From Balanoglossus misakiensis (lineage: Eukaryota > Animalia > Hemichordata): 64,000 bases of DNA. Shown one piece after another: positions 41,001-56,000 of this stretch (positions within the stretch are counted from its first letter, which is position 1; each line of letters opens with the position of its first letter). A program made the translations under genes and the position numbers. A model generated the notes under the pieces. It did no database searches and had not been told where the DNA came from. It saw only the letters and a program-made list of their open reading frames with translations. The stretch lies in assembly GCA_040954595.2 (NCBI GenBank), contig CM082588.2:9718844-9782843 (forward strand), written 5' to 3'.

Positions 41001-44000
41001 GATTTCAGGTTGTTGAAAAATCTGTGGGTTAATACGTGTCCAAAAGCACTGTACTTTGACATTGCTAATGCAACGATGACATTGAATCTGATTCTTTGCA
41101 TCAAGGTAAATGGCGTAGCAAGCTTTATGACGCATCAGGGTAGATAGTGATGCAAACACTTCACTTTGACATGGGTATAAAATGCCTACAGGGGTATTTA
41201 AAGTTGTCTGTAAATCCCTGGGTTAATACGTGTCCAAAAGCACTGTACTTTGACATTGCTAATGCAACGATGACATTGAATCTGATTCTTTGCATCAGGG
41301 TAAATGGCGAAGCAAGGTTGATGATGCATCAGGGTAGATAGTGATGCAAGCTCTGCACTTTGACATGGGTATAAAATGCCTACTGGGGGATTTAAAGTTG
41401 TCTGTAAATCCCTGGGTTAATACGTGGCGGAAAGCACTGTACTTTGACATTGCATATGCAATGGTGACATTGAATGGGATTCTTTCCATTAGGGCAAATG
41501 GCGAAGCAAGCTCAATGATGCATCAGAGTAGATGGTGATGCAAACTCTGCACTTTCACATGGGTATTTAATGTTAAATGTAAATCCATAGGTTAATACGT
41601 GGCCAAAAGCACTCTAATTCGACATTGCTAATGCAACAATGACATTGAATCTGATTCTTTGCATCAGGGCAAATGGCGAAGCAAGGTTGATGATGCATCA
41701 GGATAGATAGTGATGCAATCACTTCACTTTGACATGGGTATTAAATGAATATGGGGATTTCAAGTTGATGATAAATCCCTGGGTTAATACGTGTCCAAAA
41801 GCACTGTACTTTGACATTGCTAATGTAACGATGACATTGAATCTGATTCTTTGCATCAGGGTAAATGGCGTAGCAAGCTTTATGATGCATCAGGGTAGAT
41901 AGTGATGCAAACACTTCACTTTGACATGGGTATTAAATGCATATGGGGATTTCAGGTTGTTGAAAAATCTGTGGGTTAATACGTGGCTGAAAGCACTGTA
42001 CTTTGACATTGCATATGCAATGGTGACATTGAATGGGATTCTTTGCATTAGGGCAAATGGCGAAGCAAGCTCAATGATGCATCAGAGTAGATGGTGATGC
42101 AAACTCTGCACTTTCACATGGGTATTTAATGTTAAATGTAAATCCATAGGTTAATATCTGGCCAAAAGCACTCTAATTTGAATTTGCTAATGCAGCGATG
42201 ACATTGAATCTGATTCTTTGCATCAGGGTAAATGGCGAAGCAAGGTTGATGATGCATCAGGGTAGATAGTGATGCAAGCTCTGCACTTTGACATGGGTAT
42301 AAAATGCCTACAGGGGGATTTAAAGTTGTCTGTAAATCCCTGGGTTAATACGTGGCTGAAAGCACTGTACTTTAACATTGCATATGCAATGGTGACATTG
42401 ATTGGGATTCTTTGCATTAGGGCAAATGGCGAAGCAAGCTCAATGATGCATCAGAGTAGATGGTGATGCAAACTCTGCACTTTCACATGGGTATTTAATG
42501 TTAAATGTAAATCCATAGGTTAATACGTGGCCAAAAGCACTCTAATTTGACATTGCTAATGGAACGATGACATTGAATCTGATTCTTTGCATCAGGGCAA
42601 ATGGCGAAGCAAGGTTGATGATGCATCAGGGTAGATAGTGATGCAATCACTTCACTTTGACATTGGTATTAAATGCATATGGGGATTTCAAATTGATGAT
42701 AAATCCCTGGGTTAATACGTGTCCAAAAGCACTGTACTTTGACATTGCTAATGCAACGATGACATTGAATCTGATTCTTTGCATCAGGGTAAATGGCGTA
42801 GCAAGCTTTATGATGCATCAGGGTAGATAGTGATGCAAACACTTCACTTTATCATGGGTATTAAATGCATATGGGGATTTCAGGTTGTTGAAAAATCTGT
42901 GGGTTAATACGTGTCCAAAAGCACTGTACTTTGACATTGCTAATGCAACGATGACATTGAATCTGATTCTTTGCATCAGGGTAAATGGCGTAGCAAGCTT
43001 TATGACACATCAGGGTAGATAGTGATGCAAACACTTCACTTTGACATGGGTATAAAATGCCTACAGGGGGATTTAAAGTTGTCTGTAAATCCCTGGGTTA
43101 ATACGTGTCCAAAAACACTGTACTTTGACATTGCTAATGCAGCGATGACATTGAATATGATTCTTTGCATCAGGGTAAATGGCGAAGCAAGGTTGATGAT
43201 GCATCAGGGTAGATAGTGATGCAAGCTCTGCACTTTGACATGGGTATAATATGCCTACAGGGGGATTTAAAGTTGTCTGTAAATCCCTGGGTTAATACGT
43301 GGCTGAAAGCACTGTACTTTGACATTGCATATGCAATGGTGACATTGAATGGGATTCTTTGCGTTAGGGCAAATGGCGAAGCAAGTTAATGATGCATCAG
43401 AGTAGATGGTGATGCAAATTCTGCACTTTCACATGGGTATTTAATGTTAAATGTAAATCCATAGGTTAATACGTGGCCAAAAGCACTCTAATTTGACATT
43501 GCTAATGCAACGATGACATTGAATCTGATTCTTTGCATCTGGGCAAATGGCGAAGCAAGGTTGATGATGCATCAGGGTAGATAGTGATGCAATCACTTCA
43601 CTTTGACATGGGTATTAAATGCATATGGGGATTTCAAGTTGATGATAAATCCCTGGGTTAATACGTGTCCAAAAGCACTGTACTTTGACATTGCTAATGT
43701 AACGATGACATTGAATCTGATTCTTTGCATCAGGGTAAATGGCGTAGCAAGCTTTATTATGCATCAGGGTAGATAGTGGTGCAAACACTTCACTTTGACA
43801 TTGGTATTAAATGCATATGGGGATTTCAGGTTGTTGAAAAATCTGTGGGTTAATACGTGTCGAAAAGCACTGTACTTTGACATTGCTAATGCAATGATGA
43901 CATTGAATCTGATTCTTTGCATCAGGGTAAATGGCGTAGCAAGCTTTATGATGCATCAGGGTAGATAGTGATGCAAACACTTCACTTTGACATGGGTATA

Positions 44001-47000
44001 AAATGCCTACAGGGGGATTTAAAGTTGTCTGTAAATCCCTGGGTTAATACGTGTCCAAAAGCACTGTACTTTGACATTGCTAATGCAACGATGACATTGA
44101 ATCTGATTCTTTGCATCAGGGTAAATGGCGAAGCAAGGTTGATTATGCATCAGGGTAGATAGTGATGCAAGCTCTGCACTTTGACATGGGTATAAAATGC
44201 CTACAGGGGGATTTAAAGTTGTCTGTAAATCCCTGGGTTAATACGTGGCGGAAAGCACTGTACTTTGACATTGCATATGCAATGGTGACATTGAATGGGA
44301 TTCTTTGCATTAGGGCAAATGGCGAAGCAAGCTCAATGATGCATCAGAGTAGATGGTGATGCAAACTCTGCACTTTCACATGGGTATTTAATGTTAAATG
44401 TAAATCAATAGGTTAATACGTGGCCAAAAGCACTCTAATTTGACATTGCTAATGCAACGATGACATTGAATCTGATTCTTTGCATCAGGGCAAATGGCGA
44501 AGCAAGGTTGATGATGCATCAGGGTAGATAGTGATGCAATCACTTCACTTTGACATGGGTATTAAATGCATATGGGGATTTCAAGTTGATGATAAATCCC
44601 TGGGTTAATACGTGTCCAAAAGCACTGTACTTTGACATTGCTAATGTAACGATGACATTGAATATGATTCTTTGCATCAGGGTAAATGGCGTAGCAAGCT
44701 TTAAGATGCATCAGGGTAGATAGTGATGCAAACACTTCACTTTGACATGGGTATTAAATGCATATGGGGATTTCAGGTTGTTGAACAATCTGTGGGTTAA
44801 TACGTGTCGAAAAGCACTGTACTTTGACATTGCTAATGCAATGATGACATTGAATCTGATTCTTTGCATCAGGGTAAATGGCGTAGCAAGCTTTATGATG
44901 CATCAGGGTAGATAGTGATGCAAACACTTCACTTTGACATGGGTATAAAATGCCTACAGGGGGATTTAAAGTTGTCTGTAAATCCCTGGGTTAATACGTG
45001 TCCAAAAACACTGTACTTTGACATTGCTAATGCAGCGATGACATTGAATATGATTCTTTGCATCAGGGTAAATGGCGAAGCAAGGTTGATGATGCATCAG
45101 GGTAGATAGTGATGCAAGCTCTGCACTTTGACATGGGTATAATATGCCTACAGGGGGATTTAAAGTTGTCTGTAAATCCCTGGGTTAATACGTGGCTGAA
45201 AGCACTGTACTTTGACATTGCATATGCAATGGTGACATTGAATGGGATTCTTTGCATTAGGGCAAATGGCGAAGCAAGTTAATGATGCATCAGAGTAGAT
45301 GGTGATGCAAATTCTGCACTTTCACATGGGTATTTAATGTTAAATGTAAATCCATAGGTTAATACGTGGCCAAAAGCACTCTAATTTGACATTGCTAATG
45401 CAACGATGACATTGAATCTGATTCTTTGCATCTGGGCAAATGGCGAAGCAAGGTTGATGATGCATCAGGGTAGATAGTGATGCAATCACTTCACTTTGAC
45501 ATGGGTATTAAATGCATATGGGGATTTCAAGTTGATGATAAATCCCTGGGTTAATACGTGTCCAAAAGCACTGTACTTTGACATTGCTAATGTAACGATG
45601 ACATTGAATCTGATTCTTTGCATCAGGGTAAATGGCGTAGCAAGCTTTATGATGCATCAGGGTAGATAGTGATGCAAACACTTCACTTTGACATTGGTAT
45701 TAAATGCATATGGGGATTTCAGGTTGTTGAAAAATCTGTGGGTTAATACGTGTCGAAAAGCACTGTACTTTGACATTGCTAATGCAATGATGACATTGAA
45801 TCTGATTCTTTGCATCAGGGTAAATGGCGTAGCAAGCTTTATGATGCATCAGGGTAGATAGTGATGCAAACACTTCACTTTGACATGGGTATAAAATGCC
45901 TACAGGGGGATTTAAAGTTGTCTGTAAATCCCTGGGTTAATACGTGGCGGAAAGCACTGTACTTTGACATTGCATATGCAATGGTGACATTGAATGGGAT
46001 TCTTTGCATTAGGGCAAATGGCGAAGCAAGCTCAATGATGCATCAGAGTAGATGGTGATGCAAACTCTGCACTTTCACATGGGTATTTAATGTTAAATGT
46101 AAATCAATAGGTTAATACGTGGCCAAAAGCACTCTAATTTGACATTGCTAATGCAACGATGACATTGAATCTGATTCTTTGCATCAGGGCAAATGGCGAA
46201 GCAAGGTTGATGATGCATCAGGATAGATAGTGATGCAATCACTTCACTTTGACATGGGTATTAAATGCATATGGGGATTTCAAGTTGATGATAAATCCCT
46301 GGGTTAATACGTGTCCAAAAGCACTGTACTTTGACATTGCTAATGTAACGATGACATTGAATCTGATTCTTTGCATCAGGGTAAATGGCGTAGCAAGCTT
46401 TATGATGCATCAGGGTAGATAGTGATGCAAACACTTCACTTTGACATGGGTATCAAATGCATATGGGGATTTCAGGTTGTTGAAAAATCTGTGGGTTAAT
46501 ACGTGTCGAATAGCACTGTACTTTGACATTGCTAATGCAATGATGACATTGAATCTGATTCTTTGCATCACGGTAAATGGCGTAGCAAGCTTTATGATGC
46601 ATCAGGGTAGATAGTGATGCAAACACTTCACTTTGACATGGGTATAAAATGCCTACAGGGGGATTTAAAGTTGTCTGTAAATCCCTGGGTTAATACGTGT
46701 CCAAAAGCACTGTACTTTGACATTGCTAATGCAACGATGACATTGAATCTGATTCTTTGCATCAGGGTAAATGGCGAAGCAAGGTTGATGATGCATCAGG
46801 GTAGATAGTGATGCAAGCTCTGCACTTTGACATGGGTATAAAATGCCTACAGGGGGATTTAAAGTTGTCTGTAAATCCCTGGGTTAATACGTGGCGGAAA
46901 GCACTGTACTTTGACATTGCATATGCAATGGTGACATTGAATGGGATTCTTTGCATTAGGGCAAATGGCGAAGCAAGCTCAATGATGCATCAGAGTAGAT

Positions 47001-50000
47001 GGTGATGCAAACTCTGCACTTTCGCATTGGTATTTAATGTTAAATGTAAATCCATAGGTTAATACGTGGCCAAAAGCACTCTAATTTGACATTGCTAATG
47101 GAACGATGACATTGAATCTGATTCTTTGCATCAGGGCAAAATGGCGAAGCAAGGTTGATGATGCATCAGGGTAGATAGTGATGCAATCACTTCACTTTGA
47201 CATGGGTATTAAATGCATATGGGGATTTCAGGTTGTTGAAAAATCTGTGGGTTAATACGTGTCCAAAAGCACTGTACTATGACATTGCTAATGCAACGAT
47301 GACATTGAATCTGATTCTTTGCATCAGGGTAAATGGCGTAGCAAGCTTTATGACGCATCAGGGTAGATAGTGATGCAAACACTTCACTTTGACATGGGTA
47401 TTAAATGCATATGGGGATTTCAGGTTGTTGAAAAATCTGTTTGTTAATACGTGTCCAAAAGCTCTGTACTTTGACATTGCTAATGCAATGATGACATTGA
47501 ATCTGATTCTTTGCATCAGGGTAAATGGCGTAGCGTGCTTTATGACGCATCAGGGTAGATAGTGATGCAAACACTTCACTTTGACATGGGTATAAAATGC
47601 CTTCAGGGGGATTTAAAGTTGTCTGTAAATCCCTGGGTTAATACGTGTCCAAAAACACTGTACTTTGACATTGCTAATGCAGCGATGACATTGAATCTGA
47701 TTCTTTGCATCAGGGTAAATGGCGAAGCAAGGTTGATGATGCATCAGGGTAGATAGTGATGCTAGCTCTGCACTTTGACATGGGTATAAAATGCCTACAG
47801 GGGGATTTAAAGTTGTCTGTAAATCCCTGGGTTAATACGTGGCTGAAAGCACTGTACTTTGACATTGCATATGCAATGGTGACATTGAATGGGATTCTTT
47901 ACATTAGGGCAAATGGCGAAGCAAGCTCAATGATGCATCAGAGTAGATGGTGATGCAAACTCTGCACTTTCACATGGGTATTTAATGTTAAATGTAAATC
48001 CATAGGTTAATACATGGCCAAAAGCACTCTAATTTCACATTGCTAATGCAACGATGACATTGAATCTGATTCTTTGCATCAGGGCAAATGGCGAAGCAAG
48101 GTTGATGATGCATCAGGATAGATAGTGATGCAATCACTTCACTTTGACATGGGTATTAAATGCATATGGGGATTTCAAGTTGATGATAAATCCCTGGGTT
48201 AATACGTGTCCAAAAGCACTGTACTTTGACATTGCTAATGCAATGATGACATTGAATCTGATTCTTTGCATCAGGGTAAATGGCGTAGCGTGCTTTATGA
48301 CGCATCAGGGTAGATAGTGATGCAAACACTTCACTTTGACATGGGTATAAAATGCCTACAGGGGGATTTAAAGTTGTCTGTAAATCCCTGGGTTAATACG
48401 TGTCCAAAAACACTGTACTTTGACATTGCTAATGCAGCGATGACATTGAATCTGATTCTTTGCATCAGGGTAAATGGCGAAGCAAGGTTGATGATGCATC
48501 AGGGTAGATAGTGATGCAAGCTCTGCACTTTGACATGGGTATAAAATGCCTACAGGGGGATTTAAAGTTGTCTGTAAATCCCTGGGTTAATACGTGGCTG
48601 AAAGCACTGTACTTTGACATTGCATATGCAATGGTGACATTGAATGGGATTCTTTGCATTAGGGCAAATGGCGAAGCAAGCTCAATGATGCATCAGAGTA
48701 GATGGTGATGCAAACTCTGCACTTTCACATGGGTATTTAATGTTAAATGTAAATCCATAGGTTAATACATGGCCAAAAGCACTCTAATTTCACATTGCTA
48801 ATGCAACGATCACATTGAATCTGATTCTTTGCATCAGGGCAAATGGCGAAGCAAGGTTGATGATGCATCAGGATAGATAGTGATGCAATCACTTCACTTT
48901 GACATGGGTATTAAATGCATATGGGGATTTCAAGTTGATGATAAATCCCTGGGTTAATACGTGTCCAAAAGCACTGTACTTTGACATTGCTAATGTAACG
49001 ATGACATTGAATCTGATTCTTTGCATCAGGGTAAATGGCGTAGCAAGCTTTATGACGCATCAGGGTAGATAGTGATGCAAACACTTCACTTTGACATGGG
49101 TATAAAATGCCTACAGGGGGATTTAAAGTTGTCTGTAAATCCCTGGGTTAATACGTGTCCAAAAGCACTGTACTTTGACATTGCTAATGCAACGATGACA
49201 TTGAATCTGATTCTTTGCATCAGGGTAAATGGCGAAGCAAGGTTGATGATGCATCAGGGTAGATAGTGATGCAAGCTCTGCACTTTGACATGGGTATAAA
49301 ATGCCTACAGGGGGATTTAAAGTTGTCTGTAAATCCCTGGGTTAATACGTGGCGGAAAGCACTGTACTTTGACATTGCATATGCAATGGTGACATTGAAT
49401 GGGATTCTTTGCATTAGGGCAAATGGCGAAGCAAGCTCAATGATGCATCAGAGTAGATGGTGATGCAAACTCTGCACTTTCACATTGGTATTTAATGTTA
49501 AATGTAAATCCATAGGTTAATACGTGGCCAAAAGCACTCTAATTTGACATTACTAATGGAACGATGACATTGAATCTGATTCTTTGCATCAGGGCAAATG
49601 GCGAAGCAAGGTTGATGATGCATCAGGGTAGATAGTGATGCAATCACTTCACTTTGACATGGGTATTAAATGCATATGGGGATTTCAGGTTGTTGAAAAA
49701 TCTGTGGGTTAATACGTGTCCAAAAGCACTGTACTTTGACATTGCTAATGCAACGATGACATTGAATCTGATTCTTTGCATCAGGGTACATGGCGTAGCA
49801 AGCTTTATGACGCATCAGGGTAGATAGTGATGCAAACACTTCACTTTGACATGGGTATTAAATGCATATGGGGATTTCAGGTTGTTGAAAAATCTGTTTG
49901 TTAATACGTGTCCAAAAGCACTGTACTTTGACATTGCTAATGCAATGATGACATTGAATCTGATTCTTTGCATCAGGGTAAATGGCGTAGCGTGCTTTAT

Positions 50001-53000
50001 GACGCATCAGGGTAGATAGTGATGCAAACACTTCACTTTGACATGGGTATAAAATGCCTACAGGGGGATTTAAAGTTGTCTGTAAATCCCTGGGTTAATA
50101 CGTGTCCAAAAACACTGTACTTTGACATTGCTAATGCAGCGATGACATTGAATCTGATTCTTTGCATCAGGGTAAATGGCGAAGCAAGGTTGATGATGCA
50201 TCAGGGTAGATAGTGATGCAAGCTCTGCACTTTGACATGGGTATAAAATGCCTACAGGGGGATTTAAAGTTGTCTGTAAATCCCTGGGTTAATACGTGGC
50301 TGAAAGCACTGTACTTTGACATTGCATATGCAATGGTGACATTGAATGGGATTCTTTGCATTAGGGCAAATGGCGAAGCAAGCTCAATGATGCATCAGAG
50401 TAGATGGTGATGCAAACTCTGCACTTTCACATGGGTATTTAATGTTAAATGTAAATCCATAGGTTAATACGTGGCCAAAAGCACTCTAATTTGACATTGC
50501 TAATGCAACGATGACATTGAATCTGATTCTTTGCATCAGGGCAAATGGCGAAGCAAGGTTGATGATGCATCAGGGTAGATAGTGATGCAATCACTTCACT
50601 TTGACATGGGTATTAAATGCATATGGGGATTTCAAGTTGATGATAAATCCCTGGGTTAATACGTGTCCAAAAGCACTGTACTTTGACATTGCTAATGTAA
50701 CGATGACATTGAATCTGATTCTTTGCATCAGGGTAAATGGCGTAGCAAGCTTTATGATGCATCAGGGTAGATAGTGATCCAAACACTTCACTTTGACATG
50801 GGTATTAAATGCATATGGGGATTTCAGGTTGTTGAAAAATCTGTGGGTTAATACGTGTCGAAAAGCACTGTACTTTGACATTGCTAATGCAATGATAATA
50901 TTGAATCTGATTCTTTGCATCAGGGTAAATGGCGTAGCAAGCTTTATGATGCATCAGGGTAGATAGTGATGCAAACACTTCACTTTGACATGGGTATAAA
51001 ATGCCTACAGGGGGATTTAAAGTTGTCTGTAAATCCCTGGGTTAATACGTGTCCAAAAGCACTGTACTTTGACATTGCTAATGCAACGATGACATTGAAT
51101 CTGATTCTTTGCATCAGGGCAAATGGCGAAGCAAGGTTGATGATGCATCAGGGTAGATAGTGATGCAATCACTTCACTTTGACATGGGTATTAAATGCAT
51201 ATGGGGATTTCAAGTTGATGATAAATCCCTGGGTTAATACGTGTCCAAAAGCACTGTACTTTGACATTGCTAATGTAACGATGACATTGAATCTGATTCT
51301 TTGCATCAGGGTAAATGGCGTAGCAAGCTTTATGACGCATCAGGGTAGATAGTGATGCAAACACTTCACTTTGACATGGGTATAAAATGCCTACAGGGGG
51401 ATTTAAAGTTGTCTGTAAATCCCTGGGTTAATACGTGTCCAAAAACACTGTACTTTGACATTGCTAATGCAGCGATGACATTGAATCTGATTCTTTGCAT
51501 CAGGGTAAATGGCGAAGCAAGGTTGATGATGCATCAGGGTAGATAGTGATGCAAGCTCTGCACTTTGACATGGGTATAAAATGCCTACAGGGGGATTTAA
51601 AGTTGTCTGTAAATCCCTGGGTTAATACGTGGCTGAAAGCACTGTACTTTGACATTGCATATGCAATAGTGACATTGAATGGGATTCTTTGCATTAGGGC
51701 AAATGGCGAAGCAAGCTCAATGATGCATCAGAGTAGATGGTGATGCAAACTCTGCACTTTCACATGGGTATTTAATGTTAAATGTAAATCCATAGGTTAA
51801 TACGTGGCCAAAAGCACTCTAATTTGACATTGCTAATGCAACGATGACATTGAATCTGATTCTTTGCATCAGGGCAAATGGCGAAGCAAGGTTGATGATG
51901 CATCAGGGTAGATAGTGATGCAATCACTTCACTTTGACATGGGTATTAAATGCATATGGGGATTTCAAGTTGATGATAAATCCCTGGGTTAATACGTGTC
52001 CAAAAGCACTGTACTTTGACATTGCTAATGTAACGATGACATTGAATCTGATTCTTTGCATCAGGGTAAATGGCGTAGCAAGCTTTATGATGCATCAGGG
52101 TAGATAGTGATCCAAACACTTCACTTTGACATGGGTATTAAATGCATATGGGGATTTCAGGTTGTTGAAAAATCTGTGGGTTAATACGTGTCGAAAAGCA
52201 CTGTACTTTGACATTGCTAATGCAATGATGATATTGAATCTGATTCTTTGCATCAGGGTAAATGGCGTAGCAAGCTTTATGATGCATCAGGGTAGATAGT
52301 GATGCAAACACTTCACTTTGACATGGGTATAAAATGCCTACAGGGGGATTTAAAGTTGTCTGTAAATCCCTGGGTTAATACGTGTCCAAAAGCACTGTAC
52401 TTTGACATTGCTAATGCAACGATGACATTGAATCTGATTCTTTGCATCAGGGCAAATGGCGAAGCAAGGTTGATGATGCATCAGGGTAGATAGTGATCCA
52501 AACACTTCACTTTGACATGGGTATTAAATGCATATGGGGATTTCAAGTTGATGATAAATCCCTGGGTTAATACGTGTCCAAAAGCACTGTACTTTGACAT
52601 TGCTAATGTAACGATGACATTGAATCTGATTCTTTGCATCAGGGTAAATGGCGTAGCAAGCTTTATGATGCATCAGGGTAGATAGTGATGCAAACACTTC
52701 ACTTTGACATGGGTATTAAATGCATATGGGGATTTCAGGTTGTTGAAAAATCTGTGGGTTAATACGTGTCGAAAAGCACTGTACTTTGACATTGCTAATG
52801 CAATGATGACATTGAATCTGATTCTTTGCATCAGGGTAAATGGCGTAGCAAGCTTTATGATGCATCAGGGTAGATAGTGATGCAAACACTTCACTTTGAC
52901 ATGGGTATAAAATGCCTACAGGGGGATTTAAAGTTGTCTGTAAATCCCTGGGTTAATACGTGTCCAAAAGCACTGTACTTTGACATTGCTAATGCAACGA

Positions 53001-56000
53001 TGACATTGAATCTGATTCTTTGCATCAGGGTAAATGGCGAAGCAAGGTTGATTATGCATCAGGGTAGATAGTGATGCAAGCTCTGCACTTTGACATGGGT
53101 ATAAAATGCCTACAGGGGGATTTAAAGTTGTCTGTAAATCCCTGGGTTAATACGTGGCGGAAAGCACTGTACTTTGACATTGCATATGCAATGGTGACAT
53201 TGAATGGGATTCTTTGCATTAGGGCAAATGGCGAAGCAAGCTCAATGATGCATCAGAGTAGATGGTGATGCAAACTCTGCACTTTCACATGGGTATTTAA
53301 TGTTAAATGTAAATCCATAGGTTAATACGTGGCCAAAAGCACTCTAATTTGACATTGCTAATGCAACGATGACATTGAATCTGATTATTTGGATCAGGGC
53401 AAATGGCGAAGCAAGGTTGATGATGCATCAGGGTAGATAGTGATGCAATCACTTCACTTTGACATGGGTATTAAATGCATATGGGGATTTCAAGTTGATG
53501 ATAAATCCCTGGGTTAATACGTGTCCAAAAGCACTGTACTTTGACATTGCTAATGTAACGATGACATTGAATCTGATTCTTTGCATCAGGGTAAATGGCG
53601 TAGCAAGCTTTATGATGCATCAGGGTAGATAGTGATGCAAACACTTCACTTTGACATGGGTATTAAATGCATATGGGGATTTCAAGTTGATGATAAATCC
53701 CTGGGTTAATACGTGTCCAAAAGCACTGTACTTTGACATTGCTAATGCAACGATGACATTGAATCTGATTCTTTGCATCAGGGTAAATGGTGAAGCAAGG
53801 TTGATGATGCATCAGGGTAGATAGTGATGCAAGCTCTGCACTTGAACTTGGGTATAAAATGCCTACAGGGGGATTTAAAGGTGACTGTAAATCCCCAGTT
53901 TAATACGTGGCGGAAAGCACTGTACTTTGACATTGCTAATGCAATGGTGACATTGAATGTAATTCTTTGTGTTAGGGCAAATGGCGAAGCAAGCTCAATG
54001 ATGCATCAGAGTAGATGATGGTGCAAACACTTCACTTTGACATGGGTATTAAATGCATATGGGGATTTCAAGTTGTTGAAAAATCCATAGGTTAATACGT
54101 GGCGGAAAGCACTGTACTTTGACATTGCTAATGCAATGGTGCCATTGAATGTGATTCTTTGCATTAGGGCAAATGGCGAAGCAAGCTTTATGATGCATCA
54201 GAGTAGATGGTGATGCAAGCTCTGCACTTTGACATAGGTTTTCAATGCATATGCATGGGTATTTAAAGTTGACTGTAAATCCCTGGGTTAATACATGGCC
54301 AAAAGCACTGTAATTGCTAATGCAACAGTGATTTTAATTCTGATCTTTTGCATCAGGGTAAAAGGCGAAGCAAGCTTGATGATGCATCTGGGAAGATGGT
54401 GTTTCGAGCCCTTCACTTTGACATTGGAATATAATGCATAAGTGGATTTAAAGTTGATTGTAAATGCCCAGTTTAATACGTGTCCAAAAGCACTGTACTT
54501 TAACATTGCTAATGCAACGATGACATTGAATCTGATTCTTTGCATCAGGGTAAATGGCGAAGCAAGGTTGATGATGCATCAGGGTAGATAGTGATGCAAG
54601 CTCTGCACTTTGACATGGGTATAAAATGCCTACAGGGGGATTTAAAGTTGTCTGTAAATCCCTGGGTTAATACGTGGCGGAAAGCACTGTACTTTGACAT
54701 TGCATATGCAATGGTGACATTGAATGGGATTCTTTGCATTAGGGCAAATGGCGAAGCAAGCTCAATGATGCATCAGAGTAGATGGTGATGCAAACTTTGC
54801 ACTTTCACATGGGTATTTAATGTTAAATGTAAATCCATAGGTTAATACGTGGCCAAAAGCACTCTAATTTGACATTGCTAATGCAACGATGACATTGAAT
54901 CTCATTATTTGCATCAGGGCAAATGGCGAAGCAAGGTTGATGATGCATCAGGGTAGATAGTGATGCAATCACTTCACTTTGACATGGGTATTAAATGCAT
55001 ATGGGGATTTCAAGTTGATGATAAATCCCTGGGTTAATACGTGTCCAAAAGCACTGTACTTTGACATTGCTAATGTAACGATGACATTGAATCTGATTCT
55101 TTGCATCAGGGTAAATGGCGTAGCAAGCTTTATGATGCATCAGGGTAGATAGTGATGCAAACACTTCACTTTGACATGGGTATTAAATGCATATGGGGAT
55201 TTCAAGTTGATGATAAATCCCTGGGTTAATACGTGTCCAAAAGCACTGTACTTTGACATTGCTAATGCAACGATGACATTGAATCTGATTCTTTGCATCA
55301 GGGTAAATGGTGAAGCAAGGTTGATGATGCATCAGGGTAGATAGTGATGCAAGCTCTGCACTTGAACTTGGGTATAAAATGCCTACAGGGGGATTTAAAG
55401 GTGACTGTAAATCCCCAGTTTAATACGTGGCGGAAAGCACTGTACTTTGACATTGCTAATGCAATGGTGACATTGAATGTAATTCTTTGTGTTAGGGCAA
55501 ATGGCGAAGCAAGCTCAATGATGCATCAGAGTAGATGATGGTGCAAACACTTCACTTTGACATGGGTATTAAATGCATATGGGGATTTCAAGTTGTTGAA
55601 AAATCCATAGGTTAATACGTGGCGGAAAGCACTGTACTTTGACATTGCTAATGCAATGGTGCCATTGAATGTGATTCTTTGCATTAGGGCAAATGGCGAA
55701 GCAAGCTTTATGATGCATCAGAGTAGATGGTGATGCAAGCTCTGCACTTTGACATAGGTTTTCAATGCATATGCATGGGTATTTAAAGTTGACTGTAAAT
55801 CCCTGGGTTAATACATGGCCAAAAGCACTGTAATTGCTAATGCAACAGTGATTTTAATTCTGATCTTTTGCATCAGGGTAAAAGGCGAAGCAAGCTTGAT
55901 GATGCATCTGGGAAGATGGTGTTTCGAGCCCTTCACTTTGACATTGGAATATAATGCATAAGTGGATTTAAAGTTGATTGTAAATGCCCAGTTTAATACG

